A DNA stretch of 55,603 nucleotides, the filler included, from Squatina squatina (Eukaryota): NCBI GenBank assembly GCA_031763465.1. It is 3 parts of 3 records of this genome, joined end to end, with 100 filler letters (N's around TTAATTAATTAA, not from the genome) between each part and the next. Parts side by side here need not be neighbours in the genome. Positions count along the whole stretch, not along the records: positions 1 to 18,992 come from JARFOE010000016.1; positions 19,093 to 36,036 come from JARFOE010000001.1; 1 more part is not named here. One strand, written 5' to 3'. The notes beneath the pieces are model-generated. The model was not told the DNA's origin. It ran no database searches and was given only the letters and a program-made list of their open reading frames with translations. The position numbers and the translations under genes were made by a program. Below, piece by piece: positions 12,040 through 23,730 of the stretch (position 1 is the stretch's first letter; each line of letters begins with the position of its first letter).

Positions 12040-12410
12040 GACTTGTTTAACTGGAGGAAATGCAGCTCATCCAAGCCTGGATGTCGGACAAGCAGTCTGA
12101 CAGCACAAAGGTAGTGGAGGGGTGGAGAGATAGAGCTGGGTGGTTGTGGCGTACATGTGGAGGCTAACCCTGTGTCTTCAGAGGATGTCATCAAGGGGGA
12201 GGGAGCATGTAGGTGAGGAAGAAGATGGGGTCAAGGATAAATCCACGGAGGCTAACCAAGGTGATTGTACTAGGGTGGCTATGATTGGATAGGTAAGAGT
12301 GGAACCAAGTAAGAGCAGTGCTACTGAGCTGAATAACAGAGGAGGATAATGTAGTCGACAGTGTTAAAGTCTTCCGATAGATCAGGGAGGGATAATGTAA
12401 TGGCCACAAA
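12040..12410 (-). mobile_element. L2 LINE RT fragment
   Basis: Minus strand reads HMYATTTQLYLST (degenerate YADDTQLYLS) and 'TALTWFHSYLSNHS...GFILDPIFFLTYMLP' (L2 WF.SYLS.R...GS.LGP.LF..Y..P). Confidence 0.75.
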
Positions 12411-13399
12411 GAATGTTGAAACAGTAGTAACCTCTGCATTGTTGAATGCTTAAAAATAATTAATTCCTTCTATGGCTTAATATGATTTCTGTGATTTGGA
12501 TCCGGAAAGTTCGAGGTTCGAACCCCAGTTGCTGCTGTCTTAACTTGATTCAGCTAGAGCTGTAGTAGAAGTAGTATAATTGGCAACAGTATTTCTAAAT
12601 TTGGGAAGGAAAAATTAATCAGGGTTTCTATTCATGCCCATTATTCAGTGACACCTGTTGAAAATGCACATTTGTTGAAGTTGGATGAAGACAGCATTGA
12701 CTTGTCTGTGATGTTCTCCACAGTCAAATAGACTGCTGACATTATGTGAGCGCATTGGGAAGCTGGTTCCAGCCCGCTGACTTCTGCGTTTAATTCAAGT
12801 GTGTTAGGCTGGTTGTGTGCAAACCCCTCCGGAGAAAAGGGTTGCCTATTAATGTGTGCTCTTCTCTCAATTGGAGCCATATTTCAGCACACTTTTACAT
12901 AGTATTACGTAGTAGTCACATGCTAGAAACAGGCCTTTAGACCCTACAGGTCCATGCCTGTGTTCCTACTCCGCACGAGCCTCCTCCCACTCTACTTCAT
13001 CTAACCCCATCAGCCTATCTTTCTACTTCTTTCTCCCTCATGTTTATCTAGCTTCACCTTAAATGCATCTATGCTAGTCACCTCGCCTCAACCACTCCTT
13101 GTGGTAGCGAGTTCCACATTCTAACTACACTCTAACTACATTTAAATGCACGGGTTTCCCGGGCTTCCTGAAATTCACCAGTGAAAGCAAGGCAAGAATG
13201 CAACGGCAATTGAGGGAGCTGATTAAAACTCATGGAAATACTACAATAAATACTCAGTACTCACTGCTGCTTTCTTTCCTACTAGTGGAAAAGAGTGTGT
13301 TCACAGTACTTTTGCTCAGAGTTTACATTCTGTACTGTGGAGGTTTTCTGAATCACATCAGGATGGCTTGCGCCTTGGCTGCCTTAGATTGAACTTCTA

Positions 13400-13825
13400 A
13401 CGAGGAGCGATATGAGCAACAGCAGCAGCCTGCTGTTCAGAGACCTGCAGCTGGCCAGCAGAGGGGAGTGGCTCACAGGAGACACTACCCGCAATACAGG
13501 GTGCGCAGGCAGTGACTGATTTTCCTTTACATGTCGGAACAGCAGTGTTTCAGGAGGTTCAGGTTGACATGTCAGGTGGTGGTAGATATCTGTAGCTTCC
13601 AAGAAGACCTGCTTCCTGCTGGACCTGGTGGCCACGCGTGACCAGTGGCTGTCAAAGTGACCACCACCCTTAACTTCTTGCCTCCTGATAATTCCAGGGC
13701 TCTGCCGGAGATTATTTCCAGGATCTCCCAGTCGGCAGCCCTCAAATGAATAAGACAGGTGACTGATGACTTGTTTGCCAGGGCCTACAATTATACATAC
13801 TTTTCCTGTGATGACTCAAGTCAGA
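13400..13825 (+). mobile_element. Harbinger transposase pseudogene fragment (different subfamily)
   Basis: RRHYPQYRVRRQ*LIFLYMSEQQCFRRFRLTCQVVVDICS..DLLPAGPGGHA*PVAVKVTTTLNF...RISQSAALK*IRQVTDDLFARA. Confidence 0.8.
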
Positions 13826-14317
13826 NNNNNNNNNNNNNNNNNNNNNNNNNNNNNNNNNNNNNNNNNNNNNNNNNNNNNNNNNNNNNNNNNNNNNNNNNNN
13901 NNNNNNNNNNNNNNNNNNNNNNNNNCAAGATTTTGGTCATTTTTCCTAATATCTCCTTACGTGCCTCGTGTCACATTTTGTTTGCTAACGCTTGGGGTGT
14001 TTCACTATGTTAAAGGCACTATATAAATACAAGTTGTTGTTGTTTTTGGACACAGATTCAATAGTGGCCTTCAAAAGGGGAATTCGATAAATACTTGAAG
14101 GAGAAAAAATTGCAGGTATATGGGGAAAGAGCTTTGAAAGAGCTGGCATGGACTCAGTGGGCCGAATGGCCTCCTTCTGTGCTGTACTATTCTGTAATTC
14201 CATTCTAGACCGTTTAATTTTTATTGGTGGACTCGGGGAAAAATATCAATAACTGACGATTGAAATGAATGTAAATCCGCAGGTTATCTCTAACTTGTCT
14301 GCAGTTTCGTGATGTAC

Positions 14318-14560
14318 GTCTAGAGCAGAGGTTCCCAAACTACTTATTGCGGACCCCCTTCTCGTCCTACCAGCTGCCCGCGAATCCTTACCGGCACACA
14401 GGATTAATATTCTAACCGCTTTTTTGCTCAGGCATTGTACAGAATATACAAATTATAATACACATATACAACTTAGTGTGTGGTGATTGGAGGCGAGGGC
14501 TGTACGTCATCGTCTATGTCTATCGGTGTTCTCAGTGGTACATCGAGAAGTAAATCAACT
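14318..14560 (+). mobile_element. Left end of a hAT (Charlie-type) DNA transposon
   Basis: GTCTAGAG (NTCTAGAN target-site consensus, 14318-14325) directly followed by CAGAGGTTCCCAAACT (Charlie-type TIR). No right TIR seen; a CR1 begins near 14560. Confidence 0.55.
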
Positions 14561-15072
14561 ACTTTATACAACTGGTCGCCATATTATAAAAAGGATATAG
14601 AGGCACTGGAGAAAGTGCAAAAAAAATTTACAGATACCAGAAATGCGAGGGTGTACCTATCAGGAAAGGATGAACAGGCTGGGTTTCTTTTGTCTTGAAA
14701 ATCGAAGGTCCAATTGAGGTCTTTAAAATTATGAAAGATTTTGACAGTCGATACAGAGAGAATGTTTCCACTTGTGGGGAAGAGCATAACTAGAAGCCAT
14801 CAATATAAGGTAGTCACCAAGAAATCCAATAGGGAATTCAGAAGAAACTTCTTTACACAGAGAGAGTGGTGAGACTGTGGAACTCGCTACCATAGGTAGT
14901 GATTGAAGCGAATAGTATAAGGGGAGGCTAGACAAGCATATGAGGAAGAAGGGAACAGAAAGTTATGCTGATTGGGTTAGATAAGCAAAGACGAAGGAGG
15001 GTCGAGTGGAGCATGGACAGGTTGGGCCAAATGTCCTGTTTCTGCACTGTATATCCTATGTAATCTTATGTA
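14560..15072 (+). mobile_element. 5'-truncated CR1 LINE 3' end
   Basis: WSPYYKKDIEALEKVQKKFT, ...attcagaagaaacttctttacacagagag..tggaactcgctacca, and tail tcctgtttctgcactgtatatcctatgtaatcttatgtaa. Confidence 0.85.
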
Positions 15073-15869
15073 AAACATCTCTTAGAAATTTCTTACACCT
15101 TCACATACAATGAATTATTTTGAAATGCAGTAACTGTTGTTATGTAGACAACCAGGCCACCATTTTGCATACAGCAAGATCCCACCAATTGTAGCGAGGT
15201 GACTGGCCAGTTCAACTGATTTTGGTGGCGTTGCTCGAGGGACAACAGTTTGCTCGAACACTGGGAGCACACGGAGTTCATCTTTGAATAATGCCTGCCC
15301 TTTCTGAATACTACATTGAACTGTTACCCTGAACTATAAGCTTAGATCCTGTAGTGCAGCATAATTAATTATTACTACACCAACAACAGCTTGCATTATA
15401 CCGCAATCTTAACACAGAAAGACGCCCCATGGTGTTTCACAGAGGCGTAAGAAAAATATGGGCACCAACCTAAAGAAGGAGATAGTAAGAGAGATGATCA
15501 AAAGCTTGGTCAAAGAAGGGTCTTAAAGAAGAAGGAGACAGAGGTGGAGACATGGAAGGGTTTAGAGTGGCAATTCCAGAATATGGGGCCTAGCCTCTAA
15601 ACCTTCTGACTCAAATGTAAGATTGTTAGCCAAGCTAACGAAGGGTAATTCCACATACAACAGCATAATACACTTGTATGAAACCAATAAGTGGAAAAGG
15701 TAGGAGAAAGTGTCCTGAAAGTTTCACAAATTATTTTAAAATAAAATGGTAGTTTGAAGACCAAATGATATTACCTCTTTCAAACTTGCAATTCTTATGC
15801 AGCTCATATACACGCTTCTTTTGAAAATATATCCTTTTGACTGTTCAAAATCTGTAAGAATTTTTATTT

Positions 15870-16686
15870 ATTTCTCCCCATTTTTTGTTCCGAGGATAAC
15901 TCAAGATCGGTACGGTCAATTTCTTTCAATTTTGACACAGTCATAGGTCATTGTCATGAGACGTGACAGGAACATTTTCAAGGTCATCAAGTCTTCATGA
16001 CGTCATCCAGGCGCCATTTTGTGTTTTTTTTGGTACTTTCAACTCATGATCATATCTTCATAACGGAAAGTCATTTCTCATTCATATTTATCATGATCAA
16101 GGTCAATATCCGTCCGGTCAATTTCAGGTCAAAAAACGCGCGCGCATGCGTACGTCCGCGCGTCAGCGCGCGTGCAAAATTTCAAAATGCTCCAAATCGT
16201 CTCAAATTCGTTTTGGATACGTTTCAGGCCATTTTAAGCATTTCGCAAAAAAACTCGCACACGCACATGCGCGTGCGTTTTCGCGCGTAACACCATTACA
16301 CAACATAAAATCGCCATTTTTTTTTCTTTCATGATATTTCCCATATTTTTTCAAACAATTTGATACCATATTTATCTCTTATTGACCATTAATAACAAGA
16401 TGAGCGTCCATTCAATATAAATGTCCGTGCGCGCGAGCTCTTGTAATACATAGCATATATGGGCAAAAACATGCCTATACAAAATTCATTGCAACTCTTC
16501 AGAATGGATGGGAACTCCCAATTTTTTTTCATATTTGGATAGATTATGAGTCGGAGATATGATTTCATGTCTCATTTGACCCTCAATTAACTCATGACGT
16601 CATCATAATGGCCTCCGAACTCAAAATTTCAATTTGCATATTATGACGTCAGCATATTTTTGGAAAATTGATTGTATCTCTGTAAA
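15870..16686. mobile_element. CpG-retaining AT-rich non-coding element with a long hairpin (possibly Helentron-associated/HINE-like)
   Basis: Compositional shift within one contig. Imperfect nested inverted repeats at 16133-16281, three TGACGTCA and four AGGTCA. Family assignment is only a recalled resemblance. Confidence 0.35.
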
Positions 16687-16786
16687 NNNNNNNNNNNNNN
16701 NNNNNNNNNNNNNNNNNNNNNNNNNNNNNNNNNNNNNNNNNNNNNNNNNNNNNNNNNNNNNNNNNNNNNNNNNNNNNNNNNNNNNN

Positions 16787-16869
16787 ACAGATGCTGCCTG
16801 ACCTGCTGAGTTTTTCCAGCATTTTCTGTTTGTATTCTAGATTCCAGCATCCGCAGTATTTCGCTTTTG
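16787..16869 (+). mobile_element. Terminal fragment of an abundant repeat (probably Penelope-like pseudo-LTR), abutting a minus-strand CR1 piece
   Basis: acagatgctgcctgacctgctgagtttttccagcattttctg...ttccagcatccgcagtatttcgctttt. The adjacent minus strand gives KLRKDIDRLNEWARLWQMKFNV (CR1). Confidence 0.45.
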
Positions 16870-17477
16870 TACCTCACATTGAACTTCATCTGCCACAGTC
16901 TTGCCCACTCATTTAATCTGTCTATGTCCTTTCGTAGCTTCCTGCTCCCACCTTGATAACATCCCGTGCCTCCTAACAGTGTTATCTGCAAAAATAAAAA
17001 AAACATTTGGGCCAAGTTCTAAGCAGTTTTGTGCTGTGGACCTGTTCCAGCAAGAATTGAATTCATACGACTGAATTTCACTCAATATCGGAAACTTAGA
17101 GCTGATAGAGAAAACAAGCTTTTAAACTACTAGTCTGAGCTGGATTCAAACTCAAACCCTGGAGGGTAAAGGTCAAAGTTTGAGATGTCCGGTCACCACA
17201 TGGATGTGTCCCATCACCACTGTTAACTGCTGCCCTCAGCCATTACTATCGTGGCTTGTCAACCAATCTTTCCCCTTTTAGATTCTCCTTTGTTAAGTGA
17301 GCAGGACTCTATGTAAGGGTGGGTTATTGGTTTGGATCGAATTGCTGCCTCCTTGGCTAATATATTGTCTCCGTACAGTGTTCACACTGGGCTAAAAGTA
17401 CCACGCTATAACAAGTGAGCGTTGAGTGTCCAAGATGTCATTGCCCTTCCCAAAGCATCTCTCCTTCTCCTTCGCAG

Positions 17478-17614
17478 CTTCAGAGACAGGGCAAGACTTC
17501 TACCCCATGTTCTTTGCCCAGGACAGGGTTTTTGAAGAGTTCTTCTGCATTTGCATCCAGCTGTTGAACAAGACGTGGAAAGAGATGCGAGCCACACAGG
17601 AGGACTTTGACAAG
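17478..17614 (+). CDS. ELMO3: Engulfment and cell motility protein 3, internal exon (ELMO domain)
   Basis: Pyrimidine tract plus cgcag acceptor; [45 protein letters not shown]; donor [15 protein letters not shown] is the ELMO3-type sequence (ELMO1/2 have S/AEDFNK). Lies downstream of E2F4 on the same strand. Confidence 0.92.
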
Positions 17615-17959
17615 GTAAAGCCCCCAAATATACCTCGTGCAGACTCGGTACACTTGTAAAAGGAAACATTTGCAGGGCTAGGGGGAAAGAGCAGGTTTGA
17701 ATAGCATTTTTAAAGGTCCAGCACAGGCCCGATGGGCCAAATGGCCTCCTCCCTTGCTGTATTTTCTGAATCTATGATTGAATTGGTTCATAGAGCAGTG
17801 ACTGTGACTTCCAGGCAGCCCACTTAAACACTGGACAGTCACATTACAGGATTGCCGGTTCAACAATAGTCCAGAACCAGTCAGGTTCCATCCGGGATCA
17901 CCGCATAACCGCATAGAGAACAGGAGATGAAACCCTGACTGACTTTCATTCCACTGTCA

Positions 17960-18064
17960 GGAGCCCAGAGCTGACTGCACACAGACTGGGGACTGATCCT
18001 GGAACTTTGTGACATGCGGAGCTCAGCACCACACTTATACGGTGCTATCACCCACTGAGCCACT
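17960..18064 (-). mobile_element. tRNA-derived SINE head (second family)
   Basis: Minus strand gtggctcagtgggtgatagcacc...ttccaggatcagtccccagtctgtgtgcagtcagct carries degenerate A/B boxes. Confidence 0.5.
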
Positions 18065-18992
18065 GGCGAAGCTCCCTTGTGGAGCTATTTGAAAAGTGGT
18101 TTGTTCCCTTCCATTAGTTTAGGCTCTCAAACTCAGCTGATGTCCGCCCCAGAAATGGAGGGCCTACAGAAAGTGATGCTGCGGTAACCCATTCATTTCC
18201 AGATGGGATGTGATCATGGTGACCAGGCTAACCTCAGCNNNNNNNNNNNNNNNNNNNNNNNNNNNNNNNNNNNNNNNNNNNNNNNNNNNNNNNNNNNNNN
18301 NNNNNNNNNNNNNNNNNNNNNNNNNNNNNNNNNNNNNNTGAGCTCTGGTCCATTGATTTAGGATGCCATGTGATCCCTTTGTAATTGCTTCGCTATTATA
18401 ATCTGCCATCAATCAGGACTTGCACAGCAAGGAAATTAGTTCTTCTAGTGTCACTTCACATCTGCTTTTAAACCATTAACAGTTTTCACATCCTGGAAGA
18501 GTAGGCGAAAGAAATTAACAGAAATGAAGAACTTCGACATAACCAAGATCAAACTCTTACAAATCACAGAACAAATCTGAAATTTATGAAATCAAAACAG
18601 ATCAGAATAAAAATGAGCCACATATTCATTTCCATTGGTTATTACACATGTACACGGGGCAATGATTTAACACTGCTTCTGAAAAAAATTGCACAAGAAT
18701 GTATCAATTGTAAACAAATTTTATTGAACTTTCATCCAGATAAAATTGCACAAACATTAATTTAGGCTTTCAAACACACAGGAATAAGAAGTGTTCCAGG
18801 TCAGTAACCCTCATTCTTTGGTGCAGAGGCTGGGTCTTGCATTTCAGAGGTAAATTATACAAAAAGGGGGAAACAAAAAAAATTACCCGTCACCTTACTG
18901 TAAAGACAATCCCCAAGAGGAATTTTCTTTTAAAACAAACACTTTTCTGGTAGTCTAGGACCCCAATTTCCCCTCTCCGTTAAGCAGTGGTT

Positions 18993-19092
18993 NNNNNNNN
19001 NNNNNNNNNNNNNNNNNNNNNNNNNNNNNNNNNNNNTTAATTAATTAANNNNNNNNNNNNNNNNNNNNNNNNNNNNNNNNNNNNNNNNNNNN
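18993..19092. other. Artificial scaffold linker 44N-TTAATTAATTAA-44N
   Basis: Palindromic 12-mer at 19037-19048 with a stop in all six frames, centred in exactly 100 positions. Identical to 36037-36136. Confidence 0.97.
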
Positions 19093-19120
19093 TTTATGCA
19101 TTATACTATGATTCTATAGG

Positions 19121-19752
19121 AGAATTTGCTCCTGAAGACTCTGGGTGGATATGGCCTCCTCCTGAGAGCTCTTCTCACTCTTCTCCTTCTTCGAGCAGCT
19201 TGTCCTCCTCTGCGTCATCTCTGCTCATTCTCCCTGTCATGTTGCAGGCTAAGGGGGATACAAACTACAGCACCCCTATTCATGAGCAAGTGGTCTGAGC
19301 AAAAGCCTTGAGGTAACCTGCCACCCAACTCCCTGGTCAATTCAGCAACTTCAAATAAGATACCAAACCACCAAACAGTTCTACGAACTCAAAAAGAGAT
19401 ATTAGAAATCAATCAAAAACTAACCTGAAAGCAGTTAATGATCCCTTTAAGTAGTGCTGGTGGGGTCTCCTTCCTGCTGCTGAGCACATGTTCAGCTGTG
19501 CCTGTTTAAGAGATGGCCTTAGTTGTGGTCAAAAATGTCAATGCTGGCATCAAATCAGCATTGCTCTGATCTGGCTACTCTGAATACCTCCAGTGCACAC
19601 TCCCAGCACCTGCGCTAACTAGCTGCCCAAAATGGGATCTGGCGCGACCCACATCAGGAATGTGCACACATGCCGCGGATGCCATTTTGGACCCCAATCA
19701 GCGCCCATGCCGCTGAAAAACCGGATGCCACGGAGCCGAATTTAGTGGCCCA
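19121..19752 (-). mobile_element. Harbinger 5' end with start of transposase
   Basis: Minus strand gctctcaggaggaggccatatccacccagagtcttcaggagcaaattct aligns with 3062-3110 (gctctcagcaggaggccatacccattgagagcattcagggaacaattct). Confidence 0.7.
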
Positions 19753-21382
19753 GAAGTTCAAAATTGGAAAATTCATCTTTAAAGGAGGGCTTTGCAAGTT
19801 TAAAATAACCTGTTTTGAACTATAATCTAATTGTGAAATCTTTGAGTAAGATAACTTCTTTATCTTATGAAACGTATCCAAATATTCATTGCATACTTGT
19901 CAGGGCAGATATTCATTAAAATTAAAAAAAAATATTTTAACTTTATTTTATTTTTATTTGTGAATTTTTGTTCCCATCAAAAAAAGGATATCAATGCTGG
20001 GGAATAAAGCACTTTCCAACTTGTGGCACCAATGGGTGAATTTATAAAATTGCACTGCTGACCAGAAGCACCCATTAATAAAATCAGCCTTCTGGTGTCA
20101 ATATCAAGTTCTTCCAGGTTGGGCATTGTCTGGCCAGATAGAGAGCCAGATAAAGTAAGTTATTACTTTGTCTCAACTTCTGTCAAGCCCAACTTCAAAA
20201 AAGGTTCTGTGCCAATGGGGGGGTTTCCAATCAGCCTTAGAGTTTCTTTGAACAAGATTGCCAATTTACTGTAAAATTGGGCCATTTTTGCATTCTGCCC
20301 TATGGATTATGAATTAGGGCTGCTTAAAGATTCTATATAGGGCCCTTGCATCCAACATAGAGAGGTCTTTCACTCTATCAGCCTGGGTTGGATTAAAATC
20401 TAGGTTCCAGAAATGAAACACCATGTGTTAGCCCGCTATGTGACCCAATTCCCAAACATAATTGTGTTCATAAAAATATCATTAAAAAATACAAAAATAA
20501 ACTTGAGTTTACTAGATAAAATGGAAAAACTTCTGTTACTGATTTTAGCAAAAACTGAATTCAGTTAACAAACCACCAAGATATTTTATACCACACATAA
20601 ATCACAGAAACCATTATGAAGATGCATTGCATTTCTCATTTCTTCCTTTCTTGGTGTGGCTTGGAAACACTCCCTGCTTCAGTGTGCCTGTTAGTATGTT
20701 TCCATGATAGAGTCATAACAGCTGTAATATTGCACCTACATTAATTATATTTGGCAAAATGTTAGTTCATCAGCAAACCAAAGTTCCCAATCTGAAAATG
20801 AAAAAACACTAAAAAGAACACTCAGTTACTTCTCCATACTGTGGATAAAACCATCAGCGTGCACAGACTGCATGTGTGGATTATGATCAAGCAGTCCATA
20901 TGGCTAAACAAATATGCCGGAGAATGCTTCTGGGTCATGCAGACCTCACTATGGTCTGGCACTAATGAAACATGCTTTATAGAAACTAAATTTGAAGGAT
21001 ATGATGCTATTCATAAATGTTACTGAAGGATATTGACTGATGTATTAAAATCAATCTTGACCCTGCCTTTTTTCTGCTTATTTTTGTTGTTTTTGTTAAC
21101 GCCTAAGGATTTGGCACTAATTTTGTAAGATTTAGTTGGCGCTTTTTATGTCTTAAATTTAAAGTTGTTTGCCCTTTGATAGCAGGACCAGTAAGCTAAG
21201 AAAATTTCACTGGCCAACAGTCAAAACTGATGATCTGCCAACATATGATTGTACTTTATACACACAAGTGGGGCTGGATTCTCCTCTTGATGGTGGGCTG
21301 GGACCTCCGCTGCTGTGTCCCTGCCAAAACTCCTAGGGCACCCAATTGGTCTGCTGGCACAAGCGCTAAATGAGTAGAGGGT

Positions 21383-21842
21383 ATGTCTTCACAGGGTGCG
21401 GCACAGGGTCCCAGCGCGGTACAGCATGGTGAAAGGCCTAGGGAAGCTGGTGTGGCAAGTGGCCGGAGGGTCACTTGGCCAGCTGGCACTGCTGGCCATG
21501 GCGCTAATGAGGACCTCGGCGGGGGCAATGTGCCCCAGATGGCCTTGACGATGCATGAGCAGATGACCACGTTGATTGCAAGGCTGCCAGAGACCCTCAC
21601 AGAGTCGCTGAGGAACACGGAGGAGTCCGCCCCCCGTCTCATCGAGAGCTCCATGCAGACCCTGTGACCTATTCTTGGGAGCATGCATTCCATGGTGGAG
21701 TCGCACCTCGAATATCAGGATCCAGCATCCATGAGAAATCTCATGGGCGATATGGCATCAGCCACTGTGGCACAGACCGAGCTACGCAACGGCTTGCTGC
21801 TGCAGTGCAAGCAAACGCCTCCACAACCCATGCTCAGTTTGT
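21383..21842 (+). mobile_element. Decayed coding remnant, probably Harbinger ORF2 (helical/coiled region)
   Basis: GC-rich interrupted frames MHEQMTTLIARLPETLTESLRNTEES...MRNLMGDMASATVAQTE. No splice signals; stops and frameshifts present. Assignment from recalled resemblance. Confidence 0.4.
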
Positions 21843-23531
21843 NNNNNNNNNNNNNNNNNNNNNNNNNNNNNNNNNNNNNNNNNNNNNNNNNNNNNNNNNN
21901 NNNNNNNNNNNNNNNNNNNNNNNNNNNNNNNNNNNNNNNNNNTGTCACGGGGATCCCGATTTATATTCATTAATTAGGCTCTCACTGGAGTCTGGCAGAA
22001 GCCTCATCTGCGCTGAAACCAGCAGCAGTAAAATCGCAAATTGGCGGGATCAGGGCAGGAAATGCAGTGACTCCATTTTACCTGCTCCTCTGCTCATTTC
22101 CCACTGATCGGGGAGACTTAAAATCACCCCTTTAGTGGCCCTTATAGTAGGAATTAAGAAGCAATGTGGGAGGGAAGTCCATGATAGAATGATCATATAT
22201 GAGCTTTGGCTAGAGCTGACTTGAGGAGTCGAATGGCTTATTCTTGCTTCAGATTTTCTTATTTCCTTAAATTTCACTGGTAGTTAGAACTTAGTGGCAC
22301 AGCTCTCCATACACATTTAACTTCTGACTGCAGGTCAGCTTTTCTCTGATTTCCCAGATAACAGTAGTTGTTACGGCTACTCACTTACACCACTCTCAGG
22401 ATTATTCCCAATACTGCAACACATCATGCAGTGAAACTGGGAACTCACAGATTAACATTTTTGCTGATAACATGTATTTAGATAAGCGCTGATAAGGTTT
22501 GCGTTTATAAAATCAATTTTCAGTAAAAAAAACCCTGAGAATTCAAAGAACACCTCCGTATTAGAAGTACAGCGATACAGAAACGATCCAATCGCATAAT
22601 CCTGCTGCTTCTAACCTGCTACCCCATCCGCCCTGCACCTTTTACCAAGAATGCATAATACAGCGATAAGCAAAGTATGGGTCGTTATGATATCAGTCAT
22701 GCAGTTTTTTTTGTTCCAGGATGGACATTTGAGCATTGCAGGACTAGCCACACGAGGGTTAGCTTTAGACTGAATGCAAAAGGAGTTCCAGAGGATGTCA
22801 GTACTTGAAGGGGTTAAGAGCCATTATGTCGTGGAGAGACCCACAATTGCCAGCATTTCCATAAATCAAGTGAAGTCTCTGTGTTACACTTTTAACACCT
22901 TAACACTTTGATGCAATCAGCACCTGTACATTTAAACTGACACATACCATTGTTCCTGATAACTTTGTGTTTGGATCAAAGAAGACAAGAATTCATATAA
23001 TACAACATATTAGATTGAAAACAAAGATAAGCACTATAGTCTGCATTTTGTGCTTGACAGGACAATGGCTGGCTTCTTTCAATTGCTTCATACATCACAG
23101 TTGGAACTTAATCCCATAAACACTCAAAATCGGATCCCTATCAATACATCCCTGTTTTGCTTCCCTGGTGCTGGACCACCTGGCAATGTTGGCAGCAATA
23201 TGAATGAGGCTAATTGAGGGAGTTTAAGAAAAACATGTTAAGACTCAGTGCAGTTCAGTAAAAGGACTGTTAATTATAGTGGGAGATTTGGAGTAGTTGT
23301 TCTAGTGTCACCACTGTACCCACCCCTGCATGTTTCGCATTAATGTGCTGGTATCATAACTTTTGAGAACTGAATTAGATCTTTAAAACCCATTTTATAA
23401 AATGTGCACCACACATCAATTTTTCATGAAATTTTTTCTTCATTCCATGGCCAAAAAATTTGAATGCAGTTATAGTTTTCAATATACACTTGTTCAACAC
23501 TCATGGAGTGAGAAGCATAGTNNNNNNNNNN

Positions 23532-23730
23532 CATGTCTACCCAATCAAACTCTTTTATTACCTTAAAGACCTCTATCAGGTCACCCCTCAGTCTTCCCAT
23601 TTCAAGAGAAAAGAGCCCAAGCCTGTTCAATCTTTCCTGATACGTATAACCTCATAACCTCCCAGTTCTGGTATCATCTTTGTTAATCCCTTTTGCACCT
23701 TCGCCAATGCCTCTAAATCTATATTATAAT
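23532..23730 (-). mobile_element. CR1 LINE fragment
   Basis: Minus strand LNRLGLFSLEMGRLRGDLIEVFKVIKEFDWVD. Confidence 0.85.

Noticed and set aside
16687-16869. Hammerhead ribozyme of a Penelope-like terminal repeat
   Set aside because: The expected CTGANGA...GAAA core is not visible; it would fall within the gap.
19037-19048. TTAATTAATTAA as a piggyBac target site or biological palindrome
   Set aside because: It is centred exactly in a 100-position N spacer, twice, so it is synthetic.
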